Under the pieces are notes generated by a model. The model was not told the origin of the DNA. It worked only from the letters and a program-made list of their open reading frames with translations, and did not search any database. The translations under genes and the position numbers were made by a program. A DNA stretch of 27,883 nucleotides from Candidatus Eiseniibacteriota bacterium. Its GTDB lineage: Bacteria > Joyebacterota > Joyebacteria > Joyebacterales > Joyebacteraceae. Of this stretch, positions 8,885-17,706 are shown piece by piece; within the stretch, counting starts at the first letter, position 1; each line of letters starts with the position of its first letter. The DNA is taken from assembly GCA_043819135.1 (NCBI GenBank), contig JBDRFG010000068.1:1-27883 (forward strand). The letters are read 5' to 3'.

Positions 8885-10393
8885 CTATGTCTTGAAGGTT
8901 CTGTCCTCCAGCACTGTCACCGAGTCGAGCGAGACCGAGGGCTTCACCACCGTGAACCCCCACGACAAGCTCGCCTCGTTCTCGCCTCCGATGAGCGTGT
9001 TGTCCCCGATCCAGAGCGTCACGTCGCCGAACGACTTCGAGTCCCAGACCGAGTAGCCGATCGGCTCCATGATCTCCGGGTTCATTCCTATCTCGAATCC
9101 TCCAAGCCTGCGAACATCTCCGCTGCCCCCGGAGAGAACGAGCTGCAGCAGCTCGTCGTTCTGTTCGGCCTTGGCCTCGAGGACCTCGCCGCCCTTGAAC
9201 CCGATGCGCGTCCCGCCAATCCTGACGCCGAAGTAGTCGGTCATGTCGGAGACGAGAATCCCGGTGGCGGTCCCGGCTACCGGTGCCACGATGACCTTGC
9301 CGGCCGGGAGATGGCCCCATCCCCTGCCGTGCTCGACCTCCCACTGGGAGATGATGCCGTCGTCGACGAAGACCTCTCGGTCCGCGATGCTGAACGTGAG
9401 GTCCGTGCCGCCGGGTGATGTGATGTGCACGTGGCTCCCGCCACCGAGGACAGCGCTCAGGTGCTCGCCGCGCTGCGAAAGCTCGCGATAGTCCGTGTCG
9501 AGCGCCGTCCAGCACGCGTCGTGAAGGTCACGGAACTCTATGCCCATGATGTCGGCCTTCTGCGGCGTGGGATAGCCCAGGTAGATAATGCGCTTCCCCG
9601 CGTCCAGGAGTTCCCGCGCCACCGGGTCCTCGAGCGGGTAGCCCGGGATGCCCGCATAGCGGGACCCGCGACCGCTCTGCACCAAGCTCCGCAGGAACGC
9701 AAGCCGCCTCTCGCCGATGTCCTTCTGAGGATCGACCGCTCCGTTCAGCACCGGGTAGTCCAGCGGCTCCTCGATGACGATGACCGAGCTCAGGTCCCCT
9801 TTCCACTTGAGCAGGAAGTCACCGAGCCCGCCCGGCGTGCAGATGGTCACGGCGCTTCCACCGGCGGCCTCGACCGCGCGGATGAGCGGCTGGATGATGT
9901 CCCTCTGCACGAGGTCACCCTTCAGCAGAATGATGTCGCCCTTCTTCGTATCGAGGCAGTCCCGGACGACCTTCTCTGCGATCTCGTCCTGGTCGACCTC
10001 GAGCATCTCGCGCCGGCGCCACCCGAGCATGCTCTTCGAGATCATCTCACGCAAATCGCCGCCCAGACCCTCGTACTCGCCGATCCCGCGCGCTACATAG
10101 AAGTTCCTGGCTACCGCCCTGTAGTACTTCTCGACGACCCCGCCAGCCTCGACCGTACGCACCTTCTCGACGAGTCCCGCCTTCTCGAGTTCTTTGATGT
10201 GGTAGTGCACGCGCCCGCGGGTGCCCTCTATCCAGTCGGCGACCTGCTTCGCCGTCCCCGACCGCTCAACGAGGAGCGTGAGTATCCGCACCCGCTCGGG
10301 GTTCGCGATCGCCTTGATCTGCGCGTCGCGCTCAACGACCGTCAGCTCCCTGCGTGGAGAACTCGTCTTCCCGTTGTCGTGGCTCACTTTCAC
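8885..10393 (-). CDS. ArsR-type HTH fused to an M29 (AmpT-like) aminopeptidase-fold domain lacking its metal ligands; putative transcriptional regulator
   Basis: N-terminal KAIANPERVRIL...RVHYHIKELEKAGLV...VVEKYYRA. C-terminal VHITSPGGTDLTFSI, LPAGKV, EIGMNP, IGDNTLIGGENEAS. Start is GTG 10393 or 10387. Confidence 0.82.
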   Translation of the reverse strand: MKVSHDNGKTSSPRRELTVVERDAQIKAIANPERVRILTLLVERSGTAKQVADWIEGTRGRVHYHIKELEKAGLVEKVRTVEAGGVVEKYYRAVARNFYVARGIGEYEGLGGDLREMISKSMLGWRRREMLEVDQDEIAEKVVRDCLDTKKGDIILLKGDLVQRDIIQPLIRAVEAAGGSAVTICTPGGLGDFLLKWKGDLSSVIVIEEPLDYPVLNGAVDPQKDIGERRLAFLRSLVQSGRGSRYAGIPGYPLEDPVARELLDAGKRIIYLGYPTPQKADIMGIEFRDLHDACWTALDTDYRELSQRGEHLSAVLGGGSHVHITSPGGTDLTFSIADREVFVDDGIISQWEVEHGRGWGHLPAGKVIVAPVAGTATGILVSDMTDYFGVRIGGTRIGFKGGEVLEAKAEQNDELLQLVLSGGSGDVRRLGGFEIGMNPEIMEPIGYSVWDSKSFGDVTLWIGDNTLIGGENEASLSWGFTVVKPSVSLDSVTVLEDRTFKT

Positions 10394-10545
10394 TCCCCGC
10401 CTGAGGCTTGCCGCATGCCCGGCCCCGATGTAGGCGTGCCGGGGCAGCCGGCCTTGAAGCCGGCCACCCCTCCCAGCTGTCTGCTGGCGCGTCAGCTCTT
10501 AGCCCAACAGCTCTCCCGCCATCGGTCTAATTTTCCAGCGCGGTC

Positions 10546-10574
10546 AGTTTACCACGTCTGGCATCGGACGTCAA
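10546..10574 (-). promoter_or_regulatory. Sigma70-type promoter of the HTH-peptidase gene
   Basis: Minus strand TTGACG-17 bp-TAAACT with extended -10 TG. Confidence 0.72.
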
Positions 10575-10601
10575 GGCCGCAAATGAGCCTCCCTCAAGAC
10601 G

Positions 10602-10652
10602 CGTCGCCCAGCCCCGTCGCGCCAGCCCGTCGCCCAGCCCATCGCACTGGCC
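10602..10652. repeat. Degenerate ~13-bp tandem repeat (about 4 units)
   Basis: CGTCGCCCAGCCC / CGTCGCGCCAGCC / CGTCGCCCAGCC / CATCGCACTGGCC between two divergent promoters. Confidence 0.6.
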
Positions 10653-10669
10653 CATCCGCCCGTTTTGGC

Positions 10670-10699
10670 TTGACACTCTTGCGCGGGCGCGCCTAACAT
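10670..10699 (+). promoter_or_regulatory. Sigma70-type promoter of eno
   Basis: TTGACA 10670-10675, 18 bp spacer, TAACAT 10694-10699. Confidence 0.65.
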
Positions 10700-10731
10700 C
10701 TCGCGGAAGTTCCCTTCCTCACGGCGATTAG

Positions 10732-12051
<1,320 letters not shown>

Positions 12052-12111
12052 CGACGGGACACTCGCGCGAGCAGATCCCGTCGCGACCGCATCGAAACAA
12101 GTGGAGACAAC

Positions 12112-12495
12112 ATGCCCACATCATCTGGAGAGAACAGGAAGCGGGGCGCCAAGAAGGAGGAACCCCGTTTCCTGCGGAGGACCTTCGAAGGCTACGGGCG
12201 CGGGGCGCCGGCGAAGGTCCTGCGCATCCTGGGCTGGACCATCGCCATCTGGTTCGTCTCCGCGATACTCCTGGGCGATTCCGGGCTCTTCTCCATCCTC
12301 CACATGAAGGGCATGAAGGGCGCGCTCCAGGACGAGATCAACGCGCTCGAACAGACGCGCGATGATGCCGCAGCCTACAACGACGACCTTCGCAACGACC
12401 CATGGGTGGTTGAGAAGGTCGCGCGCGAAGAGTACGGCATGATCAAGGAAGGCGAGACCTGCTACCGCGTCGTGCTCGAGGAAGACGAGGAGTAG
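12112..12495 (+). CDS. ftsB: Septum formation initiator (FtsB/DivIC family)
   Basis: One TM ending in GDSG, a coiled coil, and EKVAREEYGMIKEGE; directly after eno (conserved synteny). Confidence 0.85.
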   Translation: MPTSSGENRKRGAKKEEPRFLRRTFEGYGRGAPAKVLRILGWTIAIWFVSAILLGDSGLFSILHMKGMKGALQDEINALEQTRDDAAAYNDDLRNDPWVVEKVAREEYGMIKEGETCYRVVLEEDEE

Positions 12496-12542
12496 ACTCG
12501 AACGCCGCAGTCACAGATGAATTCCCCGCAGACGGGTAGCGC

Positions 12543-13988
12543 ATGCGTACGCTACTGCAATCCTACCACGCAGTCTGTCAATCCAGATGGATCTGGGTCA
12601 TCACGATCGTCGCCGTGCTGCTCTTCTCCGCGTCGATGAACTGGATGAGCCTGAAGTCGTACGACGACTGCTTCTACGCCCGGAAGGGCGTGGAGATGTG
12701 GCAGCGTGGCGCGTTCTTCACGGTAACCTGGGCGGGCAGGACCGACTTCCAGTATCCCCCACTGCAGTTCTGGCTGCTCGGCCGGTCGTTCGCCCTGTTC
12801 GGGAAGAACGACTTCGCGGCCAGGCTACCGTCGCTCCTGATGGCGGTTGCCATACTTCTCATGACCTATCGGATGGGTTCGGTCACCGTAGGGCGCAGGG
12901 CGGCGATGGTGGCCACAGCGGCTCTCATGCTCACGCCGCTCTTCATCACGAACGCACGACGATGTCAGACCGACATTCCTCTCGCGTTCTGGACGACCCT
13001 CGCGATGCTCATCTACATCGAGGGACTGGAGAGACCGAAGCTCCACGCACTCATCGCCATCCCGCTGGGCGCCGCCGTGCTAACGAAGAGTGTCTTGGGT
13101 CTCTTCCCGCTGGTTGTCGTCCCGGCTGCGGTCCTGGTACCGGCACTGCGCAAGACTCTCAGGAACGGATGGCTGTGGCTGGGTCTGGCGCTCGGGCTCA
13201 TCTTTGGAGCGTCCTGGAGCATCCATCAGTACGTCAACTTCGGCGACGCGTTCATGTCGCTTCACTACGGTCTCATGGTCTTCTCGCGGACGGCCCTACC
13301 ACTCAACCTGATTGCCATGCTGACGGAGTACCCCGCGATCCTGATGGAGCACTACCAGCCGATAGTGCTTCCTGCCATTGCGGGTCTCGTCTTCTTCATC
13401 GTGGACAGAAGACGCGGCAAGAGCACGATGGCGGATCTCCTCGTCGTGTGGGCCGTGCTGCCGGTGGTGCTCTACTCGTTCTCCGGGCTGCGCCACATGC
13501 GTTACCTGTTTCCGCTGCTCCCGGCGTTCGCGATTCTCACGGGGTACCTGCTGGACACGAGGGTAAAGAAGCTCGTCGTTCCCCTGTGCTGTTTCGTCGT
13601 GCCGATCTTGAGCATCGCAACGACCGCGATCTACTGGTTGAGCCCGGGTCTTCTGGCCGGTGACAACAACCAGGTCTTCAAGCAGAAGATCGATGTGGCG
13701 CGCGCACACCTCGCGCCCGGGACCACTCTCCCCTACGCTGGAGAGAAGTACTGGGATGAGGCCAACCCGTTCCTGTACTACTGGGACGTGAAGCTCGAGA
13801 AGCCGGGCGACACCACCGAGGAGGCGGTCGCGAAAGCGCTGGCCTCGTCGCATCGTTCGCTCGTCTGCATTCGCGGCAGGTTGGAAGAGGTAGCTGAAAC
13901 CGGCGCCGAGTACAAGACCATGGTAGAGGGAAAAGGGTGGGCCTGGCTGAGGTTCGCCCGAATGGAAGAGCCTGACCCGGCACGCTGA
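12543..13988 (+). CDS. ArnT/PMT-like (GT-C fold) membrane glycosyltransferase
   Basis: YDDCFYA, YPPLQFWL, FAARLPS, QTDIPL, VLTKS, RYLFPLLP; many TM segments. Confidence 0.88.
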   Translation: MRTLLQSYHAVCQSRWIWVITIVAVLLFSASMNWMSLKSYDDCFYARKGVEMWQRGAFFTVTWAGRTDFQYPPLQFWLLGRSFALFGKNDFAARLPSLLMAVAILLMTYRMGSVTVGRRAAMVATAALMLTPLFITNARRCQTDIPLAFWTTLAMLIYIEGLERPKLHALIAIPLGAAVLTKSVLGLFPLVVVPAAVLVPALRKTLRNGWLWLGLALGLIFGASWSIHQYVNFGDAFMSLHYGLMVFSRTALPLNLIAMLTEYPAILMEHYQPIVLPAIAGLVFFIVDRRRGKSTMADLLVVWAVLPVVLYSFSGLRHMRYLFPLLPAFAILTGYLLDTRVKKLVVPLCCFVVPILSIATTAIYWLSPGLLAGDNNQVFKQKIDVARAHLAPGTTLPYAGEKYWDEANPFLYYWDVKLEKPGDTTEEAVAKALASSHRSLVCIRGRLEEVAETGAEYKTMVEGKGWAWLRFARMEEPDPAR

Positions 13989-14062
13989 CGGGCCCGCGCT
14001 GCGCACCCGCGAAGGTCCAAGGGATTCCGAGACGGACTATTGCAGTCTGGCGCGTCTCTGGT

Positions 14063-15049
14063 ATGCTCCTCGTTGTTCCTGGACTCTTCTCGACAATGCG
14101 AATGAAGGGTGAGCTCCAGGACAAGACAAGAGCTTTGGAGCAGATTGAGAACGAGGAGAAGGAGCAGATGGACCCGTCTGCACTGATGTCAAGAGACATG
14201 GGGCTCTTCGCCGCCGAACGCGGGGTCCTCTGGGCGGCGTGCGTCGCCTACTGTGTTGCGCTCCTCTTCTACGTCGCGCACTTCGTCCGTCCGGGCTGGA
14301 AGCTCGTCCGCACGGGCTCGACCGTTTCGCTTCTGTCCGCGGCGGGCCTCCAGACCGTCGTCATCATCTTGAGGACCATCCTGAAGGGCGCTCCCCCGTT
14401 CCAGAGCCTGTACGAGAGTCTGGCGTGGTTCGCGTGGACCACGATCGTCGCCTACCTCATCATCGAGTGGCGCAGGAACGTGCGGATCCCCGGCTTCTTC
14501 GTCTCGCTCGTCGCGGGCGGCGCGGTGCTCTATGCACTCCTGGGCCAGAGCCCGGAGATCAAGCCGCTCTTCCCCGCGCTGCAGAGCACGTGGTTCTTCT
14601 GGCACGTCGCGATCGCGTTCGGTTCCTACGCCGTTTTCGTCGTCGCGTTCGCGGTCGAGATCTCGTACCTGATCCAGCTTCTGCTGTGGAAACTCGGGGT
14701 GAATGCGGACTACGGCCTCACGCGCGAGAACATCGATCGCTTCCATCGCTCCGTGCACCAGCTCGTTCTGTTCGGATTCCCCATGCTGACGTTCGGCATC
14801 ATGTCGGGCGCGGCGTGGGCCAACGAGGCCTGGGGCGTCTACTGGCAGTGGGACCCGAAGGAGACGTGGTCGCTCATCACGTGGGTCGTCTTCGCGCTAT
14901 ACCTGCACACGAGGGTTCGCCCCACGTGGCGCGGCGCGCCGTCGACGGTCATCATGATCCTGGCGTTCGCTTGCATGGTTACGACGTTCCTTGGCGTGAG
15001 CTGGCTCGCTAAGCTGTTCGGTCTCCCGAGCCTTCACCTTTACGGTTAA
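14063..15049 (+). CDS. ccsA: Cytochrome c biogenesis protein CcsA/ResC (system II)
   Basis: PFQSLYES, PALQSTWFFWHV, GAAWANEAWGVYWQWDPKETW (WWD motif), YLH, SLHLYG. Start uncertain. Confidence 0.93.
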   Translation: MLLVVPGLFSTMRMKGELQDKTRALEQIENEEKEQMDPSALMSRDMGLFAAERGVLWAACVAYCVALLFYVAHFVRPGWKLVRTGSTVSLLSAAGLQTVVIILRTILKGAPPFQSLYESLAWFAWTTIVAYLIIEWRRNVRIPGFFVSLVAGGAVLYALLGQSPEIKPLFPALQSTWFFWHVAIAFGSYAVFVVAFAVEISYLIQLLLWKLGVNADYGLTRENIDRFHRSVHQLVLFGFPMLTFGIMSGAAWANEAWGVYWQWDPKETWSLITWVVFALYLHTRVRPTWRGAPSTVIMILAFACMVTTFLGVSWLAKLFGLPSLHLYG

Positions 15050-15051
15050 TT

Positions 15052-16842
15052 ATGAAAGATCGCGAAGTCATGACGGCCGACAGGCCGGACGCACCGCCCC
15101 GGAAGAAGCAGAAGACCTTCCCGCGGATAGCGTCCGAGTGGGTACTCCGCGAGCTGATGCGCATCAGGCTCGCTGTGTGGCTCCTCATCGTTATGGCAGT
15201 GACGATGATCGTGGGTTCCATCTTTCCCCAGGGCTACGGCGCCGAGACCTACATCGCGTCATGGGGAGAGACCCGTTACGCGCTCTTCTCCAGGTTGGGG
15301 CTCCTGGATCTCTTCGACACGAAGTACTTCCTCATTCTGGGCGTCCTCCTCCTTCTGAACCTGCTGGTCTGCAGCATCGTTCGTCTGTCGGGCAGACGTG
15401 GCGTGAGCGTTTCGAAGACGACCGCGCCAGATTCCGCGCGCGGCGTCGCCATGGGAGGCGACTCTGACTCCGCCGTCTCGAGAGCGGTCCGCGCGCTGAC
15501 GGAGCGAGGCTACTACGTCTCGAGGGCGCAGGGTGGGATGCTCTCGGCGCGGCGAGGGCCGTGGCCCGAGGGTGTGAGCCTCCTCTACCACCTGGCTCTG
15601 GCCATCGCCATCATCGGATTCCTCGTCTCGGCGCTGCACTCCTACGAGGGCGACGTGACGCTCTACCCGAACGAACCGGTGGTCGTGAAGACCGCAAGCC
15701 TCGAGACCGGCTGGCAGAAGTTTCGATACGAACTGGCCGCCTGGAGCTTCGTTGGTTGGCACGCCTTCGAATCGGTCCTTCCGGACACCTCCGAATGGGA
15801 AGGCAGGCAGGTCACACTCACGCTTAACGAGTTCATCACGCACTGGGAACTCTATCAGGAGAAGTACTATCCGAGGGACTGGATAAGCGACGTGTCGGTC
15901 CAAGTGATTGGCCACGGGCCCGAGGTACTGTGGCCCTCGCAGCTGGTCGAAGTCAACAGGCCGCTCCGAGCCGGTGGGCTCACACTCTATCAGATGGCAT
16001 ACGAGCAGGAGTTCGATGTCGTGGTGTGGCGGGACGACAGCGAGGTCGAGCGTGTGCGCGCGAACGCCTACGTCCCGTTCATGCTGGGGTCAATAGAGGG
16101 GATGTTCTTCCCTGGCACCCTGCGCGTGGGTACGCTCTATCAGAAGTACACGCCGACGGAACCGGTCGTGCCGCACGTGTCGCTCAAGTGGCAGCCACCT
16201 GAGCCTCCGGTCGATGAGACGGTGGCTGAGGCAGTGGTCGAGGAGCCCGCACCCGAGGAGCCACCGTCGGCGGATGAGGCCGTTGTGCTTACTGAGGCGG
16301 AGACCGACTCGATGGGAATGGAGCTCGCAGAGGCCGAATCCATCGCAGCGCCACCTCCCCCGGCGCCGACAGAACGCATCGAGCTGGGCAAACTCTCGGC
16401 AGAAGAACCGCTCGAGGTCGAGGGCTACACGCTGACGCTCGAGAACCCTTACGAGGGCAGCGTGCTCACCTACCGGCACGACCCTGGTGTGCCACTCCTC
16501 TACATCGCCATCACGGCGTTCATGCTCGGTCTCGCCATCAGGACCTACTGGCCGAGCTACCGCGTGAGCCTCTGGATCGAGGAGGCGGACGGCGGCGCGC
16601 TCGGCAGGCTGGTCTTCAGGGCCACCGGTATGCTCGGAGAGCCCAAGATGGTTGAAAACGAGCTGGTCGGAGAACTCGGAGGCGATGCGGAAGTCCCGAG
16701 TCCTGCGCCTCCAACGGTTGCTGCGCCTGAGGCCGCCCCAACCGCTGAAGCAGGTCCGGATGACGCGCCGACACGTAAGAAGCATCCTCTTCGCGATGCG
16801 CTGCCACCTGACCCCGGCGAAGAATCACCGCCATCTGGCTGA
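15052..16842 (+). CDS. resB: Cytochrome c biogenesis protein ResB/Ccs1
   Basis: GSIFPQ, LGLLDLF, NLLVCSIVR, LLYHLAL, VEVNRPL..GLTLYQMAY, HDPGVPLLY; adjacent to ccsA. Confidence 0.88.
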   Translation: MKDREVMTADRPDAPPRKKQKTFPRIASEWVLRELMRIRLAVWLLIVMAVTMIVGSIFPQGYGAETYIASWGETRYALFSRLGLLDLFDTKYFLILGVLLLLNLLVCSIVRLSGRRGVSVSKTTAPDSARGVAMGGDSDSAVSRAVRALTERGYYVSRAQGGMLSARRGPWPEGVSLLYHLALAIAIIGFLVSALHSYEGDVTLYPNEPVVVKTASLETGWQKFRYELAAWSFVGWHAFESVLPDTSEWEGRQVTLTLNEFITHWELYQEKYYPRDWISDVSVQVIGHGPEVLWPSQLVEVNRPLRAGGLTLYQMAYEQEFDVVVWRDDSEVERVRANAYVPFMLGSIEGMFFPGTLRVGTLYQKYTPTEPVVPHVSLKWQPPEPPVDETVAEAVVEEPAPEEPPSADEAVVLTEAETDSMGMELAEAESIAAPPPPAPTERIELGKLSAEEPLEVEGYTLTLENPYEGSVLTYRHDPGVPLLYIAITAFMLGLAIRTYWPSYRVSLWIEEADGGALGRLVFRATGMLGEPKMVENELVGELGGDAEVPSPAPPTVAAPEAAPTAEAGPDDAPTRKKHPLRDALPPDPGEESPPSG

Positions 16843-16876
16843 CAGCCGCAAGTTACGTAGTTCATAGGGATTGTGC

Positions 16877-16907
16877 TTGACTCGCCCCCACGGCGATGCT
16901 ATATGTT
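16877..16907 (+). promoter_or_regulatory. Putative tRNA promoter
   Basis: TTGACT 16877-16882, then TGCTATATGTT shortly upstream of the tRNA. Confidence 0.5.
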
Positions 16908-16922
16908 GAGTGACGTACATGA

Positions 16923-16999
<77 letters not shown>

Positions 17000-17006
17000 A
17001 CCCGAT

Positions 17007-17043
17007 GCGAACACCCGTCTCTCCGGAGGCGGGTGTTTGCTTT
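17007..17043 (+). terminator. Intrinsic terminator after the tRNA
   Basis: GCGAACACCCGTCTC-TCCG-GAGGCGGGTGTTTGC followed by TTT. Confidence 0.75.
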
Positions 17044-17486
17044 GACGCTGGGAGGGGCGGACGGAGGCGGAGGATCCGCGTGCCCACGGGAAGGTCGTAC
17101 ACGATCTCTGCATGCTACGGTGCGCGCGACTCGGCGCAGATCGCGATTGCGCCCGGCCGCGGGTCCCAGTGTGCCGGCTCCCGGAACATCTCCGTCATCT
17201 CTCACGCGAACCTGCGGCTGGCACAGAAGCACACTGACCTCGTGGCCGTTACGCGGTCGACGATGCCGGGCGGCGGCAGCTCGCCTGCGACTCGCGTACG
17301 CGTGTCATGTCCCTCGAGCTGCTTGTTCCTCCACTCTGGTCGGTAGGAAGCGCTGAGCACCGACCGCCGGAGACAGCTGGTGCTGACACCGGGGCACCGC
17401 GGCCCTTTTGCGCTGGCCAGAGCGTCGCGTGCGGAGGTAGGATGTGACATCGGGCAGCGATCCATGCTAGCTGGAGGGTAACGTCC

Positions 17487-17672
17487 ATGGCGAAGCGCAG
17501 CAGGAAGAAGAGCAGAAAGAAGGCTCAGACCCGACCTCGCATGGAGATGCGGACCTGTGAGGACCGGTACTGTCCTATCGCAATCGTGGCCGCCAGCGTG
17601 CTTCTGGCCATGTACCTCGCTCTGAATTCCGGCTTCATGGTCAGGCTCCTCAGGAACGCGCTCGGATCGTAG
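17487..17672 (+). CDS. Small basic single-TM hypothetical protein
   Basis: GGAGG RBS; K/R-rich N-terminus, CxxxxC, then one hydrophobic helix. Confidence 0.55.
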   Translation: MAKRSRKKSRKKAQTRPRMEMRTCEDRYCPIAIVAASVLLAMYLALNSGFMVRLLRNALGS

Positions 17673-17706
17673 CGGACGCACCCCCAGGCAGAAGGGATGG
17701 CGCATC

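Noticed and set aside
10441..10470. Minus-strand hairpin with a CTTCAAG loop resembling a tRNA-Sec (UCA) anticodon arm
   Set aside because: No T arm (GTTCRA), acceptor stem or CCA, and the loop geometry is wrong.
10398..10520. Glycine riboswitch
   Set aside because: Only GGAGAG and CUCAGG match. The CCGAAG core and P1 closure are missing, so it is kept only as an unclassified leader.
9425..10696. Long antisense ORFs (this one, also 6357-7382, 11110-11976, 22596-23546 and similar)
   Set aside because: Typical high-GC shadow frames opposite well-supported genes, with no family motifs.
17044..17480. Possible ORFs or gene remnant downstream of the tRNA
   Set aside because: The frames either overlap the tRNA or are interrupted by stops, and I recognise no family. 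A blastx search would be needed.
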